From contig JBHGNT010000009.1 in NCBI GenBank assembly GCA_043228905.1, positions 6,758,001 to 6,822,000 of the forward strand: a stretch of 64,000 nucleotides of DNA. The letters run 5' to 3'. A program made the position numbers and the translations under genes. This DNA comes from Azolla caroliniana. Its lineage: Eukaryota > Plantae > Polypodiophyta. Below the pieces are notes generated by a model, which was given only the letters and a program-made list of their open reading frames with translations, made no database searches and had not been told where the DNA came from. Shown here piece after piece: positions 11,412-25,414 of this stretch (position 1 is the first letter of the stretch; the number at the start of each line of letters is the position of its first letter).

Positions 11412-13050
11412 TGTTGAGAATTAAGCTCAACATAGTGCAATGTGTGAACACACCCTTTGAGAATCTATGATCACTCAAAGGTCAAGAGTCACATCACTAC
11501 TCTCTACACATTAAGTTACTATGTGTCATAGAGTCATATTCTATGACACATAACTAATGAGTTCCATATTCCCCATGACTATAAGTCTTCACATTCCTCA
11601 AGGTTCTAGAGTGAGAGTGGACGTTGTAGTGAGTTAATGAAGAGAGAGGGTGACCTTATATAAAGCATCCTCCTTCTACTTCATACTAAGTCGGTTGTGA
11701 CTCCTTGTAATGGTACATTTTGTATTTGCTATTGTACTTGTGAATATACACCTTCTTCTTGAGTATTCTATTTTCCATTCTACTTTTCATCTATCATGTG
11801 TTTTCTCTTCTCTCCTCTCTTTCCTCTAGCAAGTGGTGAGTCGAGTAATGTATTGCTTGGCAACATGTGTTCACGACCACATGCTCGGCTACATTCGAAA
11901 AGCCGAGACGCCGAAGGAAGCGTGGGAGAATCTATGAAAGATTCAACTCTACCAAGAGTTGACAAACATCCAACAAAGAGATATGTCCATTACGAGCTAC
12001 ACCTTGAAGATCAAGGAGCTTTCTGACTCACTCGACTAAATAAGCATCAACGTGGATGATGATGAGATGGTGCAGATATGCCTCGGCATCCTTGCACCAC
12101 GGTTTAAAGCGATGAGGATCGACGTACTAGCATGAGGACGCAACCGTGCAAGAAGAGGCTGATTCGGCCAAGGACGAGGTGGACAAAGCCCGACTTACGA
12201 AAACAACTCCCAATTTCAGCAACAAGACGAGAGCCATCGAGGAACCTTCGGAAGAAGGGGGAGCTTCCATTCCGGTCTAAGTTGACAAAACTCAATCAAA
12301 TGCAGATATTGCGGCAAACTCAACCACCACGAAGAAGAGTGTTGAAAGAAGATGCGCGAGTTGGCTTCCACTAGTCGACAACTCACCAATTACACCACCA
12401 ACTCCGACTATGATGATCATGGCGGAATGTTCGTGATGAGACATAGAGCAAATTCTATGTCGGCTTCTACTTCAACTAGTGCCTCTAGTCCAGAAGATGT
12501 ATGGTTCGTCGACTCCTGTGTCTCGAACCATATGATGTCTAATCAAGAATGGTTCCGAGAACTTCGAGAGCTAGATCGACCTAGCTATGTTGAAACTGGA
12601 GACGATACTACTCATCTGATTCGGCACATCAGCAATGTTCCATTCAGAAAAGAAGTTAAGCAAACTTATATTAAGAATGTCTTGCATGTACCAACCATTA
12701 CAAAAATTTGGTCTCCGTCGGCCAAATTGTTGAGCAAGGGATGCAAGTTCAATTTAATGTAGGCCATTGCTTCATTGAAAAGGAGGGTTGACTCATCGCT
12801 TGTGGACGAAGAGAGGGCCGAATGTTCATTCTCAACTTGCATGAGATGAAATCGGCCATGTTTGCAAAAGGAACGAAAGCTAATTCCAACATAGAGCTAT
12901 GGCACAAGCAGATTGGCTACATCAATTTCAATAAACTCAAGACGTTGCAATCGAACGGAGTTGTCATCGAGCTCTCGACCTTCAAAGAGAAGGAGATTGA
13001 AGTCGTGTGTGCAACTTGCCAATTTCGCAAACAACATCGACACCCGTTCC
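11412..13050 (+). mobile_element. truncated, internally deleted copia (LTR ~11412-11831, gag, protease, pre-integrase fragments)
   Basis: begins TGTTGAGAATTAAGCTCAAC like the LTR at 25415; YCLATCVHDHMLGYIR, WFVDSCVSNHM, ELWHKQIGY...CATCQFRKQHRHPF. Confidence 0.85.
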
Positions 13051-13059
13051 GATTAAAAT

Positions 13060-14990
13060 GTAAACCCAAACTTATATTGATGCAAACATTACCATACATC
13101 CAACTTTAAAACCTCAGATGCCAATCAGTCCCCAACTGCTTTCTTAGAAGAATCCATCAATGAGAATCGTGAAAAAGATTGTGATGTATCAACACACATA
13201 TTAAAATCACCCATTAACAAACCAATAGAACACACTGATAACCTTGGATCCATAGAAGACCACAACTCAATGTCTTGATTAGCATTGTTGGGCGCATCCA
13301 TCACCAAAAAGTGCCCATATGAATCATTATAGACTATATGTGGACAAAACAAATCACAAATAATCATAACTATACGTGAATAATGATGTGATAACTGACT
13401 TGCATAATAGGTAGAATATCCACGCCAATATAACACAAATATTATTAAATCATGACACTTTTGTTCAATTGCACATAAAACATCTCATTCCTTATCAAAT
13501 AAAGTTTTCCATAATATATATTTCTAATGAGGATAAGGTGTCGCTCACACATTCCATGATACCACTTTCAGTTAACACATTTAGTAAGAACTTGCCGTAG
13601 ACATTATGAGCAAGTATATTCATAAATGTACTAACGGCTTGTGCAAGAGCTGCACAAGAATTCGTGTGTACTACATCCCCTCCATAAATCATAGAGTTTT
13701 GCTGCATAGCCTCACAAGTAAGAAGTCCTTCATTAAATTGAGGATGCACCACTCGTCCTAAAGAATTGAATTGTAATAGGTTAGACAATCTCTAATTTCA
13801 CACTTGTTTCTACCATGGAAATTTCTTAAAGCCCTCATTCATGTACAAATTATCTTTTGGTAATGCCTTACCATAAGTACTTTTTGTGTCCCTTTGCATG
13901 GCAACACCCTTCCCTCTTATCTTATGCTTCATTTGATGCCACTCTTGATTTTCAACATTGGGTTCTACATTAGTACATACTCCATTATCCTCTCCAACAT
14001 CTCTCACATGACCATGAACTTTAGAATCTCACTCTAGCCTATGAGATGTCCCCTCATCCATGACCATATCAATCGTTGATATGGCAATATTCTTCTGAAC
14101 ATCTTCTTTATTTTTTTCTTTGACATAACTTTCCATGAATGGTTCACCATGATATTGGCATTCAGTCATAAAATGCCCTGATTGACCACATTTAAAACAA
14201 TGTCCGACAAAAGTCTCCCATTGAAACTTAAAACGAAATTGACCAAATCGAGATATATCTATATTCAACCATCCTAAAAGTTTATAACTCGTGTCCCATA
14301 ACAATCTACATTTGTCCAATGAATTAGCATGAGGAGCAACAAAAACTTTACCAATTTGAGACATCAATTTTGGTAGTGATTCCCAAAAGAATGAGTTACT
14401 ACAATCAAAAACTTTCACCCAAATTGGACATTGTTGTTTCAATAAATCTTTATAATTAACCCCAAGAACCCATTCCATCATATGCATTAATCTTCTATAA
14501 AAAAGATCAATACCTTTGCCATCAAAACAATACGGTGTTTTGACAATCGAAAACCCACATAATAAAAACCTCTTGGACCCACAGACACATCCTCAACACA
14601 ATTAGGCATTATGAATGAATTCAACCACTACCTAATCCATGATACCAAAAGAAGTTTACTTGTGAAATACAAAATAACACCAAGTTCATAAAACATGTCA
14701 AAAGCTACTAACATTGACTTGTTCTCTATCACCACCTCTACAACATCCTCTTCTTCACAATCCTTAGCATCTTTCTCATTTTCTTTTTATAAAATTAGAA
14801 AGCAATTAACAAAATCATAATGACTGCCATCATCATAATCATCCCCAATCCCACCAAGAATTAAAGCATATGATGTTTTCTCATGATCGTTTCTGTGGTT
14901 TGTAACTTTCACAACCATCATTACTACCACATCCATTGACAATCATAACCCGCTTCCTATTGTCATGTCAAACATCATAATAGAGATTGA
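13060..14990 (-). mobile_element. L1-clade LINE remnant (ORF1 with CCHC knuckle, start of ORF2 endonuclease)
   Basis: CPIWVKV, CFKCGQSGHFMTEC (14029-14487); LLMGDFNMCVD APE motif (13125-13436); heavily degenerate, boundaries approximate. Confidence 0.75.
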
Positions 14991-15044
14991 GAGGACAAAC
15001 TTGAGACAATGACAATTTTCCTTGTAACTTTTGATAGCAACTAG

Positions 15045-15139
15045 GTGCATTCAATGTGACGCACCTTGAAACAACACAAACATGCACACAAGACCTTTGA
15101 ATCCTTCATCACTTGCCTTGGAGATACCATCTTTAAGTG
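15045..15139. repeat. 95-bp dispersed repeat, second copy at 53283-53377
   Basis: GTGCATTCAATGTGACGCACC...GATACCATCTTTAAGTG near-identical at both sites. Confidence 0.85.
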
Positions 15140-15272
15140 CAATGAGCACTCTGAACGAGTTTCACAATGTTGAGCCCAAAATCACAAAAAAGGGACTTTT
15201 GGGTACAAAGCTACATTCAAAACATGTTTCAACACTATTATTGGAACGTCATCGCTTTTTTCCCTCCACTCT

Positions 15273-15275
<3 letters not shown>

Positions 15276-15346
<71 letters not shown>

Positions 15347-15362
15347 GTGTGTGTGTGTGTGT
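15276..15362. repeat. (CT)n followed by (GT)n microsatellite
   Basis: direct inspection. Confidence 0.95.
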
Positions 15363-18300
15363 GAGTTTTTCTTTTCCTTCAAAACTAGTTCAAGGTTTGG
15401 AATCCAAAGATGGTGATCCTCTCATTAAGGGTGGAATACCCACTTCTTGAATGGGCAAATGGACTCCTTGCCATTTGACTAAATTCAACTTAAAGATCAG
15501 TTGTTAGAAATTTCAAGAATGAATAGTAGAATCGAGAAGAAAGAAAAGAGGAAGTGTATGTAAAGGCATTAAATTTATCATCCTTGCATGGATGATAAGT
15601 ATCCTTGAAGAAGACCATAAGAAGCCAATTAGCTCCAATGCTCCATGAATGGGGAAATTTGCAAACAATTGGGTTGGTCTAAGGAATTGAATGGTTCGAT
15701 TTGGTTTGATTTGAATCTTTATCCACTTAATGGTTTATTTGGCTTCAAGCCACGACTTGACAATTTGTGTGAACATTTTTGCAATATCTAATTAAATATG
15801 TAAATTAAGCCTATAGATGATTAAATATTTAATTGCTCTCTTAATCAAAACTTTAAAGGATTTAAGTGGTTTTTTAGCAATATGAAGTTTTTTTAATAAA
15901 TAAAAAAGAACATAAATTTGAAAATTGTGTGTACATTTAATAATTGGCAATGATTTGGTTCATGTTGTAACTAAACAATGAAATCGTGGTGGAATGGCTT
16001 AATCATAAATTATAAATTAATTCGTATAGAGTTGATGATACCCTCGACGCATTACAAGGGAGATATGAGTGTTTTGATTAGGTAGCATTTTTTGTGAGCA
16101 AAGCATTGTACCGTTGGTCGGGCCTTGTTCAACTCAGTTGCTTGAGTCTCATACATCCGATTCTAGAAGTTCTAAGCACCTATAGAAGAAGTATCATTGT
16201 CATGAAAATAATGTGCATGCCAGTTAAACAAGAGAGTGACCACTAGGGACCTCAATCAAAGAAGATGGAGTGGATTCAAGTGTCAACAATTCCTCGATAG
16301 ATATTTTACTTCTTCATAACTCATGTGCAATGTGCGAGAGTGACACGTAGTTTTTAAACTATATTTGTCTAATTGTGAATATGTATGTGACTGTAGCAAG
16401 AGTGAACGCACGTATAAGTGTTTTAATGTATAAGTCGATGTCAATTAGAAAACAAAAAAGTGTAATTATTTGCTTACGTGTATGTAAATGAATGAACATG
16501 TATATGCACAAGTGCTTAAATGTAAGAGTATTTGGTAAATATTTAAAACTGAAGTATCCAAGTGTTTAAGTGTGTGTGCACTTGAGCGCAAGTATGTACT
16601 TGTTTAAATACACTTATTTGAGTGCACTACATGTTATAGTTACAAGGTAAGTGAGCTGTGTAATAGTATTACGTGAAAGTAAGTATATGATATATAAGTT
16701 CAACCCAAAGTTTCTGTCTTTTTGTCGATTTTGCTCCAAATCGCGCAACTTCGCGCCTTGAGCTCCGATTTCTACGCTGAAAATTTTGTCGTGATCCTTG
16801 TTTGGTTAAAAAAATTAATGGATAGAGAGGATTGACCAGAAACAATAACATATAATTATCAAATTCACAAAATGCGTTGAGGGTTCCCGTCGCATAAACT
16901 ATTGAATTATGATAATGGCACAAGTTTTGAAATTTAGGAAATGCATAGGTTACTGAAATATTTTACTGTTCTGGTACCATGTACAGAAAGAAAAACACAT
17001 AGAGAGAAGAAAAAGGAGAGAGTGAGAAGGGAGAGGTAAGTGAGGAAGAACACTTTTGACTATGTTTCAAGAGTGAGATGTTAGAAGTAGTTAGCTGGTG
17101 TTTGGTAAATGTTTGACACTCCATGTGGTGTAGGCGGACATATCGTCGTAGTACTATTACTTCATTATCCGAGTTCCAAGTTAGCATCAAACAAACCACT
17201 ACTACATTAATGAGTTGCTTCTCTCACTCTCTCGTTCTTCTCCGAATTCACTCCTTAATTAGCATTGGAAGTAATATATGTTGGGTTGTTCCCTCTTACA
17301 TAGAGGAAGAGGTCTAAATATTTAATTGGGTCTATGTTTTGTTTACCCATATTAGAATGTGGATTCAGGCTTTTACACGTAAATCTTGTGTCTCCTTGAT
17401 CATTTGTTTGTTAGTGTTTGGGTGTGGAATTTCTTGCTGAATTGTTGTTCAGATTAGTTTGTTTTGATTACTTGCTTATATTTTACAACACAAGTGGGGA
17501 AACAAATTGTTAGCTTCCGTGTGAAATTGTGGTATTGTTGTATGCTTCTTCAACGATATATAAATCTACCCATAAATTAGTTCCTATGCTTGCTACCAAC
17601 ACCATTTAATATATCCACTTTACTATATTTAATTTTCTCTCTCAATACCCAATTATTTCTCCTTCACATGTTGCATTCCAAATATCTAGTGGAACGCATG
17701 TTTTTCCATATATTTATTGAATTACCTGAAACGGTAGAACCTAGGCACTAACCATTGGGAGTAATGTTCGGAGCAATTCTCAATCCATTTGTGTCCTCAC
17801 ACATGTGTGTGTTATGGGCAATTCATTCAATGAAAAGTATGTGTTTGGATAAATCTCAAAGAAGAAATGTTAGGTGGCATTCAATGAAATAAAGATAGGA
17901 TAATGTGGAGATTTATCCCGTAATTTGGTTGGCCTTTGAGGAAAATAAACTGAGGATAATTCGGAGATTTTTCTTTTGTATGATTCAGCACTTCATCCCT
18001 TTCAACCGGTCCCATTCTGCACTTAAATATCCTTCAATTGGTAGTCTCGAAATCGAGCTGACATCCATTCCAAAGATAACTATGAAAGGACTACCAACTA
18101 GGTTCATATCACACATCTATAGTCTCCTTTTTATTTATGTGCCTCTTTATTTGATTACCTTTTCCCTTTCTCATTTTGACATGTGCTAACACGTGTCGAC
18201 ATCACCACCACATCTCATCTTAGGATCTTGTGTGAAACCCATAGCTCGTTGTAAATTAAAGTAAATTTGGATGGATATGAGACACTAAAGATCATAAAAC

Positions 18301-18392
18301 GATTTGGGCATTATCGTTTGGTTATGTGAAAGTTGGACAACACCATAGGGAAAAACAATGTAAGTCTAAACAAAAGATGACCCTACAACGGA

Positions 18393-18706
18393 TGAATACC
18401 TGAAAACTAATGACAAATAAAACCTTGTTGAGATTACGATCGGTTTCTTTTCCTAGGCACGAGAACCTCACATGAGGAGTACAAAGTGATCGTGAACCTA
18501 CACAACAAGGTAGTGTTTTGTATATTTCGAGAACCAACATACCCTTTTCGTGAATACCTGAAAACTAATGACAAATAAAACCTTGTTGAGATTACGATCG
18601 GTTTCTTTTCCTAGGCACGAGAACCTCACATGAGGAGTACAAAGTGATCGTGAACCTACACAACAAGGTAGTGTTTTGTATATTTCGTGAACCAACATAC
18701 CCTTTT
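18393..18706. repeat. 158-bp tandem duplication upstream of the PAO gene
   Basis: TGAATACCTGAAAACTAATG... starts at 18393 and again at 18551. Confidence 0.9.
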
Positions 18707-18801
18707 TAAGTGTATATAAAACACTTTGGCATCCTTTGAAGTTCTCAAGTTTAGCTTGCACATTAGTGTAGTGTCGATTGATAGCACCCTAAGGCTCCAC
18801 G

Positions 18802-21800
18802 ATGGGACTTCCTTATAATTTGCATGCACATTGCATGTGGGTTCTCGTTCTCATCCTCTCGTGCTCTCTTGTTCTCCGTCCGGCTAATGCCGGCCGCCGG
18901 AACCCCAACAATGCAAATCCGCGGGTTATCATCGTGGGAGCTGGAGTTTCAGGTAGCATATATGTATTCATTCAATTATCCATGTAAATTGCATTGTTGG
19001 TTTCATGTTTAATAAGTTCTACTTAAGCTCAAGTGAGCATATATACATTTGTGACTTTTGGCATACATATTTTGTATGATGATGAGCAATGCAGGAATAA
19101 TGGCGGCTTCCACGCTCTCCAAGCATGGGATCGACGATTTCTTAATCTTGGAAGCAACCGACAGAGTGGGCGGACGATTGCATCAGAAGCAATTTGAGGG
19201 TTACACAGTCGAGATCGGGGCCAATTGGGTGGAAGGTGTGGGCGGAGAGAAGGTGAACCCAATATGGACCCTAGCAAATGAGTACAACTTAACACTCTCC
19301 TACACTGACTTCAGCAATGTGTCAGCTAATACCTATAGTCAGGAGTGAGTATACTACACTACACTACACACTCTTAAATATGATTAATGCCAATACATTC
19401 CAAGCACCTCCATATGACAAGTTATCAAACATTTGTGGAACAGTTTGGGATATGCTTTCTTGTGTGTATGACCTTACTTGTGTAGTAATAATAGTGGTGG
19501 TGGTGGTTTTAGTTGTAGTAATAATTGTAGTACTAATACTAGTACTAGTAGTAGAAGTAGTAGTAGTACTACTGCTACTAATAGTACAAGTAGTAATGGT
19601 GTGATTGTGAATAGTTGGGTTAGCTAAATATCCCAAATTTGTTGGAAAATGCCCAACTCGTTTTTTGCATTCAGACTATATATATATATGTGTCACTTTT
19701 GGCTCAAACAATTTAGAAGCATTATGATTAGGAAAAAATGCATAAGTTAGACATGCATCTTCGATCGGGGGAAACCATGCATATATCATGGGCGTATCAT
19801 TCATTTGGCATGGATGAATCACTGGTGGATTATGGAAAGAGAGAAATGGCACCTTCAAAAGCTCGCCAACCCAAGTCCAAAAGCTCGCATCAATGGGAAA
19901 TCAAACAAAAACTCATCTTCTGAATTAAGTAGTCCACAAAATGTATACACCCCAAACAGATTAAACTTCTTTTCTAATAGTATGCACCATTTCACTAATA
20001 AGATCTCATGTAGCCTTGGTTTTAATCCATCTAAGTAGATGTATCTAGGCTTAAAAAATATAATTGATTCATAGTCAAGGTTATGGGCATCCACACTTTC
20101 AATGTTAAAGAGTGATGCAACACACATACATATTATTGTATATGTGTGTATAGAGTGTCCTCTAAGTTTATAATACATTACACAATGAATTGCTAACCAA
20201 TTTCTATGATTCTCAAAATGCAGGGGCACACATGTTCCTTTATCAGTGACAGGGCCACGATTTGAGCTTGCCGATGCTAGTGCTAGTTTTAGCTCAAATT
20301 TGAGTGTGTCATTGACTGAGCACCATGAACAGGACATTTCAATATTAACTGCCCAACGTTTATTTGGATTGTAAGATACCCTTCTTTTTATGTTTTTAGG
20401 TGCCCTTAGATTTGTTTTTCATACAAGATATTATGTGCAAAGCCCACTGTGTTAATGAATTAGCATTTACTTGGAAAGGTAGGAATAAATCATCAATATT
20501 GGACACAAACCATATTAAGACCTTCATAAAACCAATAATGTTATCTAATACTTGAATACTCCTCAATGTGGATTGTCTTGAGTTCTTGAAAAGTCCATTA
20601 GGACCACTTAATGACAAGAAGGATAATATTAACGAAAACTTTTGAACATACAAATATTCTCGATGTAGTGATTTGCCTAGAAATGGACAAACATTGAATG
20701 TGTCGCATGCATAATTTAAAGGAAACGAGGTTGAATAAAAAGGTATTTAGCCTACATGCTTGATAATAATAAAATTCATACCACACTTAAATCTAGCTAT
20801 AAGAAGGATCTCCATGTTTAAGAATCTCTTGCAAGAGTCCATCACAACTTAGGGAAGTTGATAGGATAGGAATAGTGCATCTTGTTGGTAAAAGAAAAAC
20901 TATTCATATATTATTGCATAAAGTCCTTTGAATATGAAGTGATTACACCTAAATAGTTAGGGAGCCATAATGCTTATTATTAGCTTTTCGGTTTACTTTG
21001 GATTGATGGTTCACTCTCCACATTTTCTTTGAATTTTTCATGAAACATGTTGCATATCACTGGGTAGAAACCTATCTATTTCAAAAGCTACAAATATTAC
21101 TTTTAAACTTATTTACAAAATTTGAAAAGAAAAACAAAAAAGTGAAAAGTAAGGATAATTTTTAGATTTATACATAAATACATTAGCCTACGAGCTCAAA
21201 ATATGCATATGTTCTCTTCATTATGCATCATGGAAAGGATGCGAGGGTATCCTTGTATTGTATCTATGATGTTAATGAACTCAAATTGTCATGGCATGGA
21301 GCACCTTCAAAATAACTCGTTCATATGTGGTGATTATGCTAAGAAGTAGTTATATATTGATTATTAGAGCGAGATACTTAGCACACATTTATTCAGTTGA
21401 GATTAAGGACATCCATCATAATATAGGTTTTGAATTTGTAGTGTCCCTACAACTCCATTAGACATGGCAATTGATTACTTCTACTACGACTTTGAAATCG
21501 CAGGTAAGATATAGTAAACTTCACTAATGTACCAAATGAATAAGAAAAATAAAGCTTCATTTCCATTTCATAATAATTCATTAAACATGTTTGGAGCACA
21601 CTTTTTGTGTCACTTGGAACTACAGAACCTCCTAGGATCACAAGCTTGAAGAACGTAATACCAAATCCAACATTTGAATATTATGGGTATGATGAATATC
21701 TCGTTGCCGACAAAAGGGGTTATGTGCATCTTTTGCATCAATTAGCAAAAGAATTCCTCGAATACGATAATGAAACAATCACAGATTCAAGGGTAAAATT

Positions 21801-23877
21801 GAATCAGGTAATGCAAATATTTTAGCGTGTGTATTCTTCAAGGTTTAATTAACATTCATCTTGTATGTCATGCCATGTTGTCTCAAACTATTACTTGCAT
21901 GCTTAGGTGGTAAACAATATTGAGTACTCAAATAATAGCGTTACAATTACAACTGAAGATGGCTCAGTATATACATCGAATTTTGTAATCTTATCAGTTA
22001 GCCTTGGCGTTCTAAAGAGCAATCTCATCACCTACAAGCCTGATTTGCCAGTGAGTATTTTGAAAGTTTTGGACTACGTTAGTAGAGCTATGAAGAATAT
22101 ATTACTTAATATAAATTTATTCATGTGTATGTTATGTTAAACTCATGGTTCCATTTCCCATCCATATATTAAGTAATCCTTGAATTAGTGGTAGTGAAAT
22201 CCTGTTGAGAATCTAATGTTTTTTTGCACACTATGTACACATATTGATGATGTCTTCACTTCAAACTCATCATATTAGCATAAAATGATATGGGCATTAT
22301 TGCCACACTTATTGTATAATATTTAGAGTCTTTTACTAGAATTCAATAGCAATCTATGTAGAGAATACTAGTATGCACCTTAGAAATCCCAAAATTGCTT
22401 ATAAACTTTTACTACTGCTACAGTATTGGAAGATCAAAACGTTTTACCAATTTGATATGTCAATCTATACCAAGATATTCTTGAAGTTTCCATACACATT
22501 TTGGCCCACTGGACCAGGCACTCAATTCTTCCTCTATGCTGATTCAAGAAGAGGTTATTATCCCTTCTGGCAGGTGAAATCAAAATTTCTCAACCACGAT
22601 CAATATTTTTACTTTAAATCATGATTGATGAACCTCTTTATAGCAATTCTTTGATTTACTTTTAATGGGAGATCATGTTTGAATGGAGTAAACACCATAT
22701 TTATTTATGTTTGAGTAACCTCATTCAAATGAAAAACATTCAAAAGAAGATGCAACACAACAAGTAACATAAAATTTATCCTTGTGTTTAAAATTCCCAT
22801 TTTAGCAATTGGATAAAGAGTATCCAGGATCAAACCTCATGTTCGTGACAGTAACTGATGACGAATCTAGAAGGATCGAGCAACAACCAGAAGAAATAAC
22901 AAAAGCAGAGATCACTGAGGTATTGAGAAAGATTTTTGGAGAAGACACACCAGAACCTGAAGCAATTCTCATTCCACGATGGGGTCAAGATCGATTCACA
23001 CGTGGAAGTTATATGAATTGGCCAATTGGAGTCACGGAAATTGATTTTGATCGTATGAAGGCATGTTTCCTAGTAACCTTCTCTACGAAATACTTAGGTT
23101 TAGGATTTAATATTTAATTCTAAGGCTTCAATGCTTTAATATTTAGGTTTTATTGAGTTTATACTTATAGTTCATGGTTTGGTTTCAAGAGTTGTAATGA
23201 TTAACATTTGTGTTTAAGGTTTTGATTTAGAGTATTTATTTGACTTTCACAATCATTTTGTTATCTCTATTTTTGTAGGCCCCAGTTGGTCCCATATATT
23301 TCACTGGAGAACACACAAGCTCTCCATTTAATGGTTATGTGCATGGAGCATATTTTGCCGGTAATGGTACACACATCGTATATGTGTCTATGTATGCGTG
23401 TCCATATATGATGTAACATATTGCTAAACAAAAAGGGATGCATATGTGTACATGTGGGTGTGGGCACTTTGTTCATGGATAGAGACTTAGAGGGTATTTA
23501 TGGACTATATTGAGACATCACCATAGTTTATTTATTTTAAAACAAGTAATATATATGTACACAAATACCATGAAAAATCAATATATCCCCATGAAAGTTA
23601 ATAACATACAAAACATCATGCATATAACATTTGACAAAACAACTTACAATGTTTGGAAATAACAGGAATTGCTACAGCCGAAACATTGATTGATTGCATC
23701 GAAGAGGGACATTGCGATGAAACCACATCAGATGATGTGCCTTGGACTGATGATGTAAATCTCACACATGGAAATTGCAATGGAGCATGTTGCGTGGATA
23801 TTCAGAAGGTAAAATATTTTGTTTTTGTCCCAAACGTAAACGTTGCAACAATGCACATGGAAGTTACTTTACATTGA
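18802..23877 (+). CDS. PAO: FAD-dependent polyamine oxidase (PAO1/ZmPAO-like) with probable signal peptide; exons 18802-18952, 19095-19344, 20224-20370, 21442-21503, 21626-21807, 21907-22050, 22424-22573, 22806-23060, 23279-23360, 23666-23808 or 23877
   Basis: [13 protein letters not shown] motif, [50 protein letters not shown]; splice phases are consistent; end of last exon uncertain. Confidence 0.92.
19484..19602. repeat. GTA/GTG trinucleotide low-complexity tract in PAO intron 2
   Basis: GTAGTAATAATAGTGGTGGTG...GTAGTAGTAGTACTACT. Confidence 0.85.
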
Positions 23878-24173
23878 TGAAATTAACTAGCAAATATCAA
23901 TATTTCCCTTAAAGTGATATTGGTTGCACCATTTGTGGAGCTAGAAATGTCACCTCGCACACTTAGTAAAAATGAAATACATGAATCATTAATGTGGAAG
24001 GATGATTCAATAGAATATTAAATATATGGCTTTAATAATCTAAGTATATACGATGATGCAGTTTTTTATGAAGGGCATTCTGTAATATTTCTCGAAATAC
24101 AAATTCAAGCAACATATGTGCATATCAAGCTTAACATTTTCTCTAATGACGCAATAACTAAAATATATATATG

Positions 24174-24480
24174 AAAGGAGAGGCAACGAAGTGACAAAAA
24201 GACAAGTAGATGCGGATTATAGGGAGTCCTATGAGCGAATTAGTAAAGACATGTAAAATAAATACACGAAAGGAGAGGCAAGGAAGTGACACAAAGACAA
24301 GTTGATGTAGGCCCAATTGAGTTGTGTTATCAAAATTGTAGGGATCCCTATGAACTCATTGATAAAGACATGTAAAATAAATATACAAAAGGAGAGGCAA
24401 GGAAATGACACAAAGATAGGTTGATGTGGGCCTAGTTGAGTTGTGCTGTCAAAATTGTCAGGAGTCCTATGAGGTCATTA
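24174..24480. repeat. ~3 imperfect tandem copies of a 95-120-bp unit
   Basis: AAAGGAGAGGCAAGGAAGTGACACAAAGAC recurs at ~24174, 24269, 24388. Confidence 0.75.
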
Positions 24481-25006
24481 GTATTTTTCTAATACCAAAG
24501 CATATGCTTTTAGAAAAAATATGGCATGATCTTGGGAAGATGCCTATGCCTTTATCATTATTGTTTTTTTACACCACAATTTAGTATCATAATGTTTCTT
24601 TCACGATAATTTATGGTATGCATATCATACTACTTGTGACTCAGTGAAATAATGATTCTTGGGTATGAGATTGAGACTCTAGTATAAGTTGTTTTACCTA
24701 AGCCTCGTGGTAGATTGCTAACTATCTATCTTTTGTGGTTTCATATTTGTTGATTTTATGTAAAATGTGATGTAACATGTAATTGAAATGCAATGAAAGG
24801 TAACCCTTTTAAATGGTGATCAATGCAAAATAATTAGGAGCAATTTCATATTCAAGGTTTTTTGGATGCAAATTTTTTATGGATAAGATATTTACTACTT
24901 TTTGTAGGAACGTGACTCCCTTCGACGAGTCTACAAAAGTGCAATGGATATCCTCCAACAAGATCTGACAAATAAGTGTAATCTTGCATAGAGAATATGT
25001 ATGAAC

Positions 25007-25161
25007 TACTTTCCAATTCAAGCCTTTGTGCGTTGATCTACATAATAAAGTTAATAACTTTATCATTTAAAAGATTGTTTAGTACTTTCCAATTCAAGCC
25101 TTTGTGCGTTGATCTACATAATAAAGTTAATAACTTTATCATTTAAAAGATTGTTTAGTAC
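25007..25161. repeat. ~76-bp tandem duplication
   Basis: CTTTCCAATTCAAGCCTTTGTGCGTTGATC...GATTGTTTAGTA twice. Confidence 0.9.
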
Positions 25162-25414
25162 ATTCTCAAGATTCTACACAAAATCGAGATAGGCTTGTTA
25201 CACTATATGCAATCAAACTCATAAAGTACTACCACGTTTAAGTATTGCCATAGACAAAATAAAGTAAATGTGACATTACTTTCTCTTAAGGTAATCACAT
25301 TGCATTAAATTTAATGCATGCTCATCTTTTTAAAGATAGAATGCAACCAAAATGGATGAAAACAGTGTTGAGTACCTATCATATATATAATGGCCAATGC
25401 GGATACAGAGGACG

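Noticed and set aside
15082-15450. ORFs with poly-SL or poly-ER tracts
   Set aside because: Microsatellite translation artefacts
16690-17540. possible MITE or LTR remnant
   Set aside because: No termini, TSD or coding motif could be established by eye
19317-19636. poly-Val and poly-Thr ORFs
   Set aside because: Trinucleotide low-complexity tract within a PAO intron
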